DNA from: the human T2T-CHM13v2.0 reference genome, Homo sapiens
Assembly: GCF_009914755.1 (NCBI RefSeq)
Contig: NC_060925.1
Reading direction: 5' to 3' (one strand)
DNA: 64,000 bases
Shown here: positions 13,206 to 26,891 of the stretch, one piece after another
How the letters are laid out: the number at the start of each line of letters is the position of its first letter
Numbering within the stretch: position 1 is the stretch's first letter
Notes under the pieces: generated by a model
The model's database searches: none
What the model was told of the DNA's origin: nothing
Seen by the model: only the letters and a program-made list of their open reading frames with translations
Translations under genes and position numbers: made by a program

Positions 13206-14651
13206 CTATACAAATGTGTTGTATTAAGGGACTGATTCAATCAATTATTTTTTATTCCATTTTTTGTTTCATTGCCTGCCCTAATCTGACTCACTGCAAT
13301 TGTCCTAATCTGACTCATTGCAAATTGTCCAGTTAATTGTATATTTACTGGTTGATGGAAAAGTGTCTAGTAGCTATTGCTATATAGTATGTTAAGCTCT
13401 AGCTAAAACCTAAAAGGTATTCTTTGCCTTTATACTAATGACATTGCTGTGGCAGGAAATAATGAAGTGAATGCTATTACATAAATATTTGGTATTAATC
13501 CATATACAAAATGTGAGTGCAGAATTCACCCCTAAAGTACAAATTTCTGCCCCCTAAATCGGCAACTCTGGAGGTGCTTAAAATTTGTGCATTAACAAGC
13601 TCTGTAGGTTTCACTGATGCCTGCTAACCTTTAAGAACCTCTGCTCTCACAGTATTTTAAATCTTTATTCTGGAGGAAGGATATCAACCTTTTAGAAATG
13701 GCTAGATAATTTATTATTGTTTTGCCAGAGATCTCTATCTCAGGAGAGTTTTTACTTAACAAAATTACATACAAGCCATCAAGAGAATGAGAGATGAAAG
13801 GAATAATATTCATAACCATAAGCTCTCCTAGGCCAGTTATGAGCCTTTTCCTTTAGGTGTCTATCACTGGGAACTGGAAGACTGAGATGCATGTCCACAG
13901 GAGGTGGGCTCAATGGCAATGTGAAAAATTTTAGAGCTATGATAATGGGAATATCTTGGGCTTCTTCATCAAATTCGTTTCCTCATCTAGTCTTGTGTCA
14001 GAGTTGTTTGTAGGTTGGGTAGGTATTATTGCCCCAATTTATGAAGGGTAAGATGTTTTATAACTCTGTTATCATGACTGAGTGTATTTCCAAATGAACA
14101 AGATATATTGAATTGTTTCTGAAAAATACCATTGTTTGCAAATTATTAAGTCAAAATAATGTAAAAGTATGGTGTGTTTTAAGTTGAATGATACTTGCTA
14201 ATTGTGATTACGTGTGTCCTGTTATTAGTATTACCCATACTCAAAGGTAAGGCATTATTTTTTGAGTTTACTATTCCCACAGATCACCTAAGGAATTTAT
14301 TAAAATGTAGATTCCACCTTCGTAGACCTGAAGAGGGGTCTGAGTTTTTTCATAACAAGGTCCTAGGAGATGCCGAACCAGGGTCCCCGTTTTGAATAAC
14401 CAAGCACCCCCACACCAGTCCTTTGGAATCCAAAGCTGCATTTTTTACCAAGACTAGTGGGTGAATCTTGGCACATTAAAGTTTGCAAAACACTGATACC
14501 ATGATCTAAAGTGATTGAAATGTTTGACTGTTCTTTATTACCACCTGGGAAACTTGAATAAAATCTGATTCCTGGGTCCTATACTGGACAAAAAAAGTTA
14601 GAAATTGTGTGGTGCAACAGAACCTGGTAACAATGTATTTTCAGAACTTCC

Positions 14652-15194
14652 TGGGTAAGGAAGACAGAATAATGGTCCCCTGAAATTGTCCACATTCTAA
14701 TCCTTGGAACCTGTGAATATGCTGCCTTTTGTGGCAAAAGTGACATTGCAGGTGTGATTAATGTTAAAAGTCTTGAAATGGGGGAGATTGTCCTGGGTAA
14801 TTCAGGTGAATCCAATGTAATCACATGACTTTTACAAGTGAGAAATGTTTCCCAACTGAAGATGGAGACTTGATGACAGAAGAAGGGCCCGAGAGATACA
14901 ACATCACAAGATCTCCACCCACTTACTGTTGCTGGCTTTAAAAATAGGTTAATGGGGACTCCAACCAAAGAATGAAGGTAACCTCTAAAAACTGGAAAAG
15001 ATAAGGAACTAGATTTTCTCCTACAGTCTCCAGAAAAGAATGCAGCTCTGTAGACACCCTGAATTTATCCCAGTGTGACTCATGTTAACCTTCCAGCCTA
15101 CACAACACTGATAACACAAATATTATCATTTGTGTTTTTTCAAGGCACTATGCCTGTAGTAGTTTGTTATAGCAGCAATGGGAAATTAATATAC
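14652..15194 (+). mobile_element. MLT1D-like LTR inserted among MER5 fragments
   Basis: 'cagaataatggtcccc...ggaacctgtgaatatg...tgcaggtgtgattaa...tttgttatagcagcaatgggaaattaatata'. Confidence 0.85.
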
Positions 15195-16537
15195 CAGTGG
15201 ATATTAACCCACAACCATTGCTCTAGGGGTCTATCAGAAGAAGCCAGCAGAAGGCTTTTGGAGTTTCTTATACATAATAAGGGTTTCTTGGGTCCAAGTG
15301 TCCTGCAGATTCCCAGAATTTCCTGACCAGCCCAGTCACTCAGATCTATGTCTGCCATACAGGGATCTCTGAAAGGTTGAGGAACCACTGTGTACCTGTA
15401 ACTTTGAAAGTAAGTGCAATTTTGCTAATGTTGATAGATTATGCCCCTAATCATTTGTTTTCAAAGTGCTATATGGATAAAGGTGGGTGTTTTTGTTTGT
15501 TTTTTTGTCTGTTTATTTTATTTTGTTCTATTATTTTGGTGGGAGGAAAGGAGGAGGTGGGTGTTACAGAGTCAGAAAAAAAGTTGAAAATAAGAAGGCA
15601 GTAAATGTCCCAAATTTTTATAAGATTTTTGGCATCAGAGTCAATAAAACATTCCATGACATACAATATAATCCCAGGTTTTGAAGATCTAGCTGCCTTA
15701 GTAGTTACTGAGAATGACAGACATTTTCCTACCCTTCCATCTCAAGAGCTACCTTTCTCCTTCCATGTTGTCATTTCTGCTGTTGTTCACAGATGATCTT
15801 GCTCCCTTCAGAGACAGAGCAATGGTGGCTGTAGCCACAAGGCTTCTGTGTGCACAGAGGAGTTTCCCTGTGAGGCTCAAGGAGCCCTCAACTGTGATTA
15901 CGGGGAATTTTTCCCAATGCAAATGCCTCTTCCATAGTCACAATGACAAAATAAAACATGTTAGGGCAGCCACCCTTTCTGAGCTCTAGTGCATGCTAGT
16001 TGGAATGCGTATCAAATAAAAATCCCATTTAAATATATTTTATTCATTTTGCATCTTTAAGTAATTGGATTTATTGAATTATCAACGAAATAACTATAGC
16101 TTTCATCATCAGTCTAAGTTTCTATAGTCTAGTAAATTATAATGAGAATATTCAAATGGCTTTTAACAGCTGACATTAAAGAAGCATTTCTAGGGATATC
16201 AGAATTCTAGAAAACACAAAATTTGGACACAGGCTAGGGTTCTATGATATGGTGGTTTATTTAGCTAATTTCAAGTATAAATTAAAGAGCTGCTTTTATT
16301 ATAAAAAAGCAAATTTATGGAGCACAGACTCCTTCTAAAAGGTCTTGATTCAACAAAATATAAGGACTGAAAACTGCAATAGAGTTACCAGAGATGCCAT
16401 TCTTTTAAAATTCAGCAACGTTCATTTCCATTGTGCTTAAAGTTTTTGTATTTCTCTTTTTAGCAACATAGGTTTGAAGACTATTTTACAATATTGTATA
16501 GAATATAAAACTTCAAAGTACATATTTCCTATGTAAA

Positions 16538-17800
16538 GTCACATGCTGTATAATGACATTTCAGTGGTCCCATAAGATTATAATGGAGCTGGAAAATTCC
16601 TATTGCCTGGTATTTACAATACTATATTTTTACTGTTATTTTAGAGTGTACCCCGACTTATTAAAAAAAATCAAACAAGTTAACTATAATACAGCCTCAG
16701 GCTGTCTTCACGAGGCATCCAGAAGAAGGTATTGTTATCATAGGAGATGACACCTCTATGCTTGTTATTGCCCCTGAATACCTTCCAGTGGGACAAGAGG
16801 TGGAGGTGGAAAACAGTGATATTGATGATCCTGACTTGTGCAGGCCTAGGCTAATGTATGTGTCTGTGTCTTAATTTTTACCAAAGTTTTAAAAGTTAAA
16901 AAATTGGGAAAAAGCTTATTGAATAAGGATATAAAGAATATGTTTTGTACAGCTCTGCGATATGTTTTAAACTACGTTATTACTAAAGAGTCAAAAAGCC
17001 TTAAAAACTTAAAAAATTAATTAAAAAAGTTACAGTATGCTAAGGTTAATTTATTATTGAAGAAAAAATTAACAAGTTTAGTATTGTCTGATTTGTAAAT
17101 GCTCATAAAGTCTATAGTAGTGTATAGTAATATCCTAGGCCTTCACATACACTCCCCATTCACTCTGACTCACCCAGAGCAACTTCCAGTCCTGCAAGCT
17201 CCATTCATGGTAAGTGCACTGTACAGGTGTCCCATGGCTGGAAACCATCATTCTCAGCAAACTAACACAGGAACAGAAAACCAAACACCGCATGTTCTCA
17301 CTCATAAATGGGAGTTGCACAATGAGAACGCATGGACACAAGGAGGGGAATATCACACACTGGGGCCTGTCGTGGGGTGGGGGGCTAGGGGAGGGATAGC
17401 ATTAGAAGAAATACCTAATGTAGATGACGGGTTGATGGGTGCAGCAAACCACCATGGCACGTGTATACCTATGTAACAAACCTGCACGTTCTGCACATGT
17501 ATCCCAGAACTTAAAGTATAATAAAGAAAGTAAAAAAAAAAATCTTTTATACTTTTTTTACTGCGCCTTTTCTATGTTTAGATAGACACATACTTACTGT
17601 TGTGTTATAACTGCCTACAGTATATAGTATAGTAACATGCTACACAGGTTTGTAGCCCAGGAGCAATAGGCTATACTATATAGGCTAGGTGTGTGGTAGA
17701 CTATGATATCTAAATTTGTACACTCTATGATGTTCACACAATGATGGAATCACCTAACATTTATCAGGACGTATCCCCGGTGTTAAGCAACACATGATTT
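16538..17800. mobile_element. Tigger3 (Golem) derivative, interrupted by L1PA
   Basis: 'gtggtcccataagattataatggagctggaaaattcctattgcct' start and 'ggacgtatccccggtgttaagcaacacatga' end. Confidence 0.85.
17236..17542 (+). mobile_element. L1PA (PA7/8-like) 3' end, heavily 5'-truncated
   Basis: 'ctggaaaccatcattctcagcaaactaacacaggaacag...agaacttaaagtataataa' plus A tail. Confidence 0.93.
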
Positions 17801-18229
17801 TGTTATACTAACAATTCTCTTAGAGATTATTGGGGAAAAATTTAATAAGATATTTCCTACGTTTGTAATAGACCATCAGTGGTGACGCTCTAACAAGCTG
17901 TCATGAAGATGGCCATACACAACAATTCTGCGTGTTTTCTTTTGCTATTTAAGAGTGCTCTGTTTGGGAACCCTGACTTATAAACCGTGGTTCTGGCCAG
18001 ATGGAACCTCTGAAGATATGAAAGAAACAAAAAGAGAGTGGAAAGATGTTTTAATACAGAGTATAAAAAGAAGGGATTGTGTGGAAGCATAATAAAGGCA
18101 AGAAATAAAATTCCTTTAAAGCTGATATGAATTAGAAGGGAGATGACTGATTCAGAAAAGCAATGCAGATGCAGTGAAGCATTTCAGAGACATCTGAAAT
18201 AAAATGAAAACAGGTGCCTCTAAACTGCT

Positions 18230-18775
18230 GTCTCTTTGTACTTTGACTCCTGCCCATCTATTTTCTACTTGGCAGCCAGGAAGATTCTGTGAGAATTCAA
18301 GTCGGACCCTGCCCCTCCGTGGACATCCCTCCAATGGCTCTCCGTCAAGCTAATGTCCTTCCTCTTGCTCTTGAAAGCCTCTCATGATCAGCCTTCCAGA
18401 AAACAGCCTCAATTCAACCCATCATTTGCTCCCCCAGGGCTTCTGCACCTGTTCTTCCTGCATTAAATGCTCTTTGAGTCTGTGTGAGTCATTCCTCTTC
18501 ACTTCCTTTGACATATATGAAATGTTTATATTTTCTGCCTTTTACTGGAAAACTTCACCCCCACGCCTACACCCCTTCTATTTCCCTTCTTTACTTTCTT
18601 TTTTTCTTTGTCTCTAGTTCTACTTACTTTCCAGCTTATGCTATTTATGACTGTCTATTTTTTCCTATACTGCAATGTAAGCTCCAGGAGAGCAATGAGA
18701 TTGTCTGAAATATCAGCACCTGGAGCACTGATTGTATTTTAGGAATTCGATAAATACTTGCAGAATAAATGAGGT
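18230..18775 (+). mobile_element. L2 fragment
   Basis: 'ccctccaatggctc...tgcaatgtaagctccaggagagca...ataaatacttgcagaataaatga'. Confidence 0.65.
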
Positions 18776-19159
18776 AGCAATGATCATGTCTTCTGAAGAA
18801 GAAATAATCATTAATATTCAGTACTCAGTAGGCATCAAATCTATGTTGAGTGCCTTCCATAGATAATCTCATTTACTCTTAATAACAAACCTATAATAGA
18901 TGCTAATACCGGACCTTGCTTACAGAGGAAGTAATAGGATGATGGGGAGGGGTAAAATGTGGCATAGACATGGTTGTGGGGTAGTTGTGGTTATCAGAGT
19001 CTTCTGATACCAGTAGTTTTTTCTTTTAATTTGTGGTTATATAGGAATGATCTACAATGTCTGTTGGTTTATTATGTTAGAATATTATATAGTTGTTTGG
19101 GCAAAGCATCATGATAGAATTATACACATTAATCCTATCAGGAAATTGATACGATTTAA

Positions 19160-19482
<323 letters not shown>

Positions 19483-20141
19483 GTCAACTACAATAAACTT
19501 ACTTCGCCTTGGCAATAAACACCAGAGAAAAATTTATCTCTCTAAAAAAAGAGAATTCAACCAAATTCAGCTTTCTCTCTTAGGAAATGTTATTATGTTA
19601 CCATTTTCTCCTGGTGGACCTCAGAATCCCTATATTGAGAGTCAAAAGAAACATAGGGCATAGTAATGACCTTCGTGGTTCTTAGTATTATATTAGTTGA
19701 TTTACAAAGAATAATTGAAAAAATATACCTATTTCTAGATTGTATCAAAATTATATTTGACTCATTTTATAACTTTAAAATGTGCCCAAATTGAAAAATA
19801 TAGTACAATAAAGAATCTATATTATCCAAAGACTTCATATCTTTGTAAATCATTTTTATTTTGATTATTTTTTCCTGGTATATGTTAGTGGTCTTTATCT
19901 CCTCAGGAGTAAAGTATCTTTTATTACTCAGAAACTGAGCTCAAAGTGATGTAGGTACAATAATATTTTATTTCAAAGGGAAGTGTGCACTCATAATTCA
20001 TTTTCCTCTGCTGTGGCTTGTAACAAGAAAAGGGATGAACTTAGAACAGTAGAAGAAATATTTTAAAAAACAGCAGTGGGATTTAAAAATAACTACTGAG
20101 CTGGATGCCACCTGACCATGATGCCTTTTCAGTTTCACACG

Positions 20142-20577
20142 TGTATTTGTCAGGGCTTTCCAGAGAAATGGAACCAATAGAATGAATATGTATATATCAG
20201 GAGACTCATTATGGGAACTGGCTCATACCATTGTGGGGGCCAAGAAGTCCCATGATCTCTGCTGTCTGCAAGCTGGAGAGCCAGGAAAGCTGGTGATATA
20301 ATTCAGTCCAAGTCTGAGAACCAGATAGCAAGAGGAGCAGATGGTGTAAGTCCTGGTCTGAATCTGAAAGCTTGAGAACCAGAAATGCCAATGTCCAAGG
20401 GCAAGGGAAAATGGATGTCTCAGCTCAAACAGAGAGAGGAAATTGAGCCTTCCTCTACATTTTTGTTCGATCCAGGCCCTCAATGGATTGCAGGGCCCAG
20501 ATTGGTGACAACCTTACAGTCATACTCAGAAACAATATTTTAATACCAGCTCTTTGGGCATCCCTTAGACCAGTCAC
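20142..20577 (-). mobile_element. MLT2B-type LTR (3' LTR of the ERVL provirus)
   Basis: 'tgtatttgtcagggctttccagagaaatggaaccaatag...aagtcccatgatct...tctgcaagctggagagccaggaaagctggtg'. Confidence 0.85.
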
Positions 20578-20904
20578 AAGTCCATTCCTTGGAAATCTGG
20601 GCATTCACATGCATCTCTTTAAGTCATGCTCAATGTCTAAATAAGGAAAATAACAAGGTCAAAATTCCACCCAACATAATATAACTATCCTGCATACAAC
20701 CAAAAATGCACTAACCCCTTCCTCAGGAGAGGAGGTACATTCTTTGAGGAATGGTCACTCTTCTTCTTGATATTTCATAACTTAAATAATATGAAGTAAA
20801 ATTCACAGTAGTTAATTACTGATATAGAGTCAATACATCTTATGTTATGTGATAAAGAAATAAGAGAGGAAAGAAAACAGAAAAACTTGCTTAATATACA
20901 CACA

Positions 20905-21215
20905 TATTTTATATATAGTTTTTATATATGTATATACATATACTATATATAGTATATATAGTATATATATATATATACTATATATAGTATATATAGTATA
21001 TATATATATATACTATATATAGTATATATAGTATATATATATATACTATATATAGTATATATACTATATAATAAATATATATTTATATATATATATATAA
21101 TATATATATTTATATATACATATACATATATACATAGACTATATATAGTATATACATATATGTATATTATATATAAAATATATATTTATATATAATATAT
21201 ATTTATATACATAAA
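20905..21215. repeat. TA-rich tandem repeat, core period about 33-35 bp
   Basis: Unit ctatatatagtatatatagtatatatatatatata recurs with C at 20943, 20978, 21013 and 21046. Confidence 0.9.
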
Positions 21216-23568
21216 TCTATTCATAACAAATGAAGGAGAAAATGCTCTTGACAATTACAGTTCTGTTGCTGTAACTGGTCATGTGGTCATAGCTGATCGT
21301 TACCTTCTTCCACTACCCATTCTGTATTCTCTTTGGCGTTAGCAAGCACCTCAGATGGTTATGGTTCTTTATTTGGTGGGTTGACCCAAACCTTCATTCC
21401 TGAAGAGCCTAGGCCATTAGTTGTTCTGCCTGGATTGAGTTGTTGCAGTTTTACAATGCTCTTAATCATAAGCATGTGTGATTTAAAGATACGCTAAGGG
21501 ATCTTATGTTTTCTAAACATACTCTTCCTTACTTCCATTGTGGAGTGGTAGTCTAATTTACCCTTAGCAGTCAAGATAAATCACAGCCTGCAGAATAACT
21601 CCCTTCTTTACTTGTTGATTCAGCGGCATAAGGAGCCCAACATAGCTGGGTGAAAGTCTTAACTTCCAGTTCAATGAAACATTGTTGTGTCTCCTGGTGG
21701 AAGCATTCTTCCCTCTGGAACTAAGACCTCTAGGCCAGCAGAGGATAAAGTTGTAGGAATAGTAAGAAAACGTTTTGTTGGTGAGTCATTAGAGGAAACA
21801 GTGTGTGGTACCACTCCCATTTATGTTCCTTGATTCCTGGAACTGTGAATACTGGCTATAAGAAAAACAATACCACATTGAGAGCATATACAACCTTCTG
21901 GAGAACCTTGTCCAAGCTCTGCAAAGTATTGCCACCTAGCTGGGGCTGTAACTGAGTCTTCAAAAGGATGTTATACTGTTCTATCAAGCAAGCTACGTCA
22001 GAATGGTGAGGAACATGGAAGACCAGTGAGTTTCATGAACATGGGCCCACAGTAGCACTTCTTTTGCTGCTAAGTGGGTTCCTTGATCAGAAGCAATGCT
22101 TTATGGATTACCATAATGGTGGATAAGGCATTCTGTAAATCCACAGAAGTAGTTTTGGCAAAATCATTGTGTTCAGGGAAGGTAAGACTATATCCATTTT
22201 AAGTGTCTATTCCAGTAAGGACAAAACACTGCCCTTTGCATGATGGAAGTGGTCCAATGTAATCAACCTGCCACCAGGTAGCTGGCTGATCCCCCCAGCT
22301 ACCTGGAGGAATGGTACCATATCAGGGGCTTAGGGTCGGTTTCTTCTGCTGGAATATTGAGCATTCACTGGTGGGCATACCCATGTTAGCCTTGGTCAGT
22401 GGAGGTCCATGTTGCTGAGCCCATGCAAATCCTCCATCCCTGTCACCATGGCCACTTTGTTCAAGAGTCCATAGGGTGATAACAAGGATGACTGAGGAAA
22501 GAGACTGATATCCATAGAACAGATCATCTTATTCACTTAATTATTAAAACCCTTCTCTGCTGAGGTCCACCTTTAGCAAACATCCACCTGTGACACAAAT
22601 ACTTTCAGGCTTTTTATCTACTCACGGAGGTCTATCCGCATACTTCTTTCCCAAATTTCTTTGTCACCGATTTCCCAATCATGTTTCTTGGGAGTCTCTG
22701 ATTATTCAACCAAACCATTGGCTTGTTTTGGTATGTAATTGCATATCTGGCCATTTCTTCTTCTAAATGAAGTACGAAACCAGGTGCACCGTCTGAAGTT
22801 CTGCCCACTGAAAGGAGTTCCCTTTACCAATGTCCTTTATGGGTATCCCAGAGAGGGGCTGTAGTGCTGCAGCTGTCCACTTTTGAGTGGCGCCTGCCTA
22901 CCATGCAGAACCATCTGAAATCAAGAACCAAGTCTCCTATTCCTATGCCGAGTGATTGTAAGGAACTTTTCATGAGGTCGTATGTGCAGGGTTGTAGAGA
23001 GAGGGCAGCATAGCCGGAGTGGGGACCATGGGCATGGGAGCCACTTCTTCATGTAACTTCCTTGTGCCTTCAGAGTCTGCTCAAGCCCTATCACATGTAT
23101 ACCACTTTCATTTAAGGATAGTGTTTCTGTGCACATTCAACCTTAGGGCTTTGTGGGTCAGATAACACCCAGTTCATGAGGAACACCTCAGGCTGCTGTA
23201 TGAGAACTTGGTGACCCATGTGTCAAGCATTCAGGTTTTACTAAGGCCCAGTAGCAAGCCCAGATGATGGCGGGGCTTTTCTTCAACATCCTAAAAGCTT
23301 GAACTGTGATTCACCTACTGGAGCCTGACATAGGCTTCATATAGCATTCCTATCTGCTACTGACACCTCAGGCACCATTGGATCTACTGGCTCACATGGC
23401 CCAAGTGGCAGAGCAGCTTGCACAATGGCTTGGAGCTGTTACAGACCTTTCTGTTGCTTTGGACTCCACTGAAAACTAGCAGCTTTTCAGGTCATTTGAT
23501 TAATGGGCTGGAGTAACACACCAAAATTAGAATATATGGTGACTCCAAAATGCAAATAAAACTACTAG

Positions 23569-23933
<365 letters not shown>

Positions 23934-24138
23934 TCTTTTTCATTTTAAAGGGATATCTGGACATGCACCACTGAACCCCCAGAAATTTCACGGAGATATA
24001 GGTTCCTGGATTATAGTCAGATATATTTCCCTCCCTCTGACATGCAAACGTCTTACCAATAAGTCTACAATAGTCGTTACTTCTTGTTCAGTAGGTTCAA
24101 TTAACGTAAGGTCATCAATGTAATGGACTAGTGTGATA

Positions 24139-24173
24139 TGTATGTATGTGTATATATATACATATATATATAT

Positions 24174-24211
<38 letters not shown>

Positions 24212-25458
24212 TTATATATATATATGTCACATTTTCTTTATCCACTCATTGACTGATGGGCATTTGGGCTGGTTCCATATTTTTGAAATTGCCAATTGTG
24301 CTGCTATAAACGTGTGTGAAGGTATTTTTTTTTTGTATAATGACTTCTTTTCCTCTGGATAGATACATAATAGTGGGATTGCTGGATCAAGCAGTAGATC
24401 TACTTTTAGTTCTTTACGGACTGTTCATACTGTTTTCCATAGTGGTTGTACTAGTTTATATTCCCACCAACAGTGTAAAAGTTCCCTTTTCATTGTATTC
24501 CTGCCAACATTAATTATTGTTTTATTTTTTTGATTATGGCCATTCTAGTAGAAATAAGATGGTATTGCAATGTGGTTTTGATTTGCATTTCCTTGATAAT
24601 TAGTGATACTGAGCATTTTTCCATATGCTTGTTGGCCATTTGTATGCCTTCTTTTGAGAATTGTCTATTTATGTCCTTAGTCCACTTTTTGATGGAATTG
24701 TTTGTTTTTTTCTTGCTGATTTGTTTGAGTTCCTTGTGGATTCTTGGTATTAGTCCTTTGTTGGATATATAGATTGTGAATATTTTCTACCACTCTGTGG
24801 GTTGTTTGCTAACTCTGCTATTTCTTCTGCTGTACAGAAGCTTTTTAGTTTAATTAAGTCCCATCTATTTATCTTTGTGTTGCATTTGCTTTTGGGTTCT
24901 CGGTCATGAAGTTTTTGCCGAAGCCAATGTCTAGAAGGGATTTTCCAATGTTATCTTCTAGAATCTTTATGGTTTCAGGTCTTAGATTTAAGTCTTTGAT
25001 TCATCTTGAGTTTATTTTTGTATAAGCTGAGAGATGATGATCCAATTTCATTCTTCTACATGTGGCTAGCCAAGTAGTCCAGCACCATTTGTTGAATAGG
25101 GTGTCCTTTCCCCCCTTTATGTTTTGGTTTGCTTTGTTGAAGGTCAGTTGGCTGTGAGAATTCGGCTTTATTTCTGGGTTCTCTATCCTGTTTTACTGGT
25201 CTATGTGCCTATTTTCATACCAGTACCATGGTGTTTTGATGACTATGGCCTTGTAGTATAGTTTTAAGTCAGGTAATGTGAGGTCCCCAGATTAGTTCTT
25301 TTTACTGAGTCTTGTGTTGGCTATGTGGGCTCCTTTTTGGTTCCATATGAATTTTAGGATTGTTTTTTCTGGTTCTGTGAAGAACGATGGTGGTATTTTG
25401 ATAGGAATTACATTGAATTTGCAGATTGCTTTTGGCAGTATGGTCATTTTCACAATTG
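24139..25458 (-). mobile_element. L1PB-like ORF2 3' fragment with (TA)n
   Basis: 'cacattttctttatccactc...tgctggatcaa...gaattttaggattgtttttc...ggcagtatggtcattttcacaat'. Confidence 0.85.
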
Positions 25459-26576
25459 TAATAATCACTTGTTTTTCACAGTATGATAGTCTTTGATTAT
25501 CCTGGTAGATTCAGTATGCTAATATTTAGCTTATGTTACTGAGTTTGGTCTATCGTTTTATTATTTTTAACTGCTCCCCTCTACAATGTAAATGATAGAT
25601 TTAAAGAAAATAAATAGGATAATATCACATTTTTCTGTTGTTAAAATTTATATACCAAGAGAAATCTCAGTTGTTTACATGTATATGTTTGGGAGAGGTA
25701 ACTTTGCAAGTCAGTTTTTTTCAGTTTTTCACTGCTGCTTAAGTAAATTTTCCTATATATATATATATGTTTGTTGTTGTTATGATGTGCAAATTAATTA
25801 GTTTAGAGGGGTATAGTTTTGTCTTAATTGAAAGTTTCATAATTTTTCTATAAACAGATGTTTTCTGTTTGTATATCTCATTTGTTAATATATATTCTCT
25901 GTATTAAAATTATTCATATTTATGTGAATAATTCTTAGATTAAATAATCTTGGTTATTTAAAATGTATTAGTTCTTCATTTCCTTCTTTATTTATTTTTC
26001 TTCCTTTTAAATTGACTTAGGTGCAGAGAATATTGACTAAGAGCAGGTCTTGAAGAATTAGCTTTGACATTAAAAAAAAAAAACCTTAACCGTTATCATC
26101 TTTAAAATCTGTGTTATAATACCACCTTCTGATAGTGTTGTGGTAAGAAATAAATGAGATATATAATCAAAGCACTTAGTTTACTGCTTTGCAAATTCAG
26201 TTCTAAATGTTGGCTATAAATACTTGAATATAGTAAGTGCATTTGCCATGTTCACCCAGTCTATTTTTTTTTCTCGATTTCATGGATGTCACTATATTTT
26301 ATTGCACATGTGTAATTTCATCTTTTATAGAAGTCCTCATTATTAATTTTGATGTTTTATTTGAATCAGTGTTTTAATATTTTGGAAATGAATTCCCCAA
26401 TTCTGTTTGCTTTTGTTGTTCTTTAGACTTAACACATTACTAATAATTCCTTTATTTTCATTTTTGCCTGAAAATTTGACCTTATTTTTATTCTGGATAT
26501 TTAAAAGCTAGAATTTCATTTTTTGCCTTGTAAATGTACATTTATGAATATATAATGGAAACTTGGAAAATATATA

Positions 26577-26891
26577 CAATCATCCCTTGGTATCCTGGAG
26601 GACTAGTTCTAGGACCCCCTGTGGATGTCAACATTTGTGATGCTCAAGTCCTTTATATAAAATGGTGTAGCATTTGCATATAAACTATGCACATCCCCTT
26701 GTATACTTTAAATCATCTCTAGATTAACTACAGAATACCTAATATGATGTGAATGTTATGTAAATAGTTGTTATACTGCTTTAATAGAATAAGTAAAGAA
26801 GTCTGTACATTTTCAGAATCTTTAAAATATTTTTGATCTGCAGTTGGTTGAATCTACAGATATGGAACTGTGTATACCAAGGGCTGAATGT
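26577..26891. mobile_element. MER2 (TcMar-Tigger MITE)
   Basis: 'tcccttggtatcc...gatgctcaagtcctttatataaaatggtgtag...gttggttgaatctacagat...agggctga'. Confidence 0.88.
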
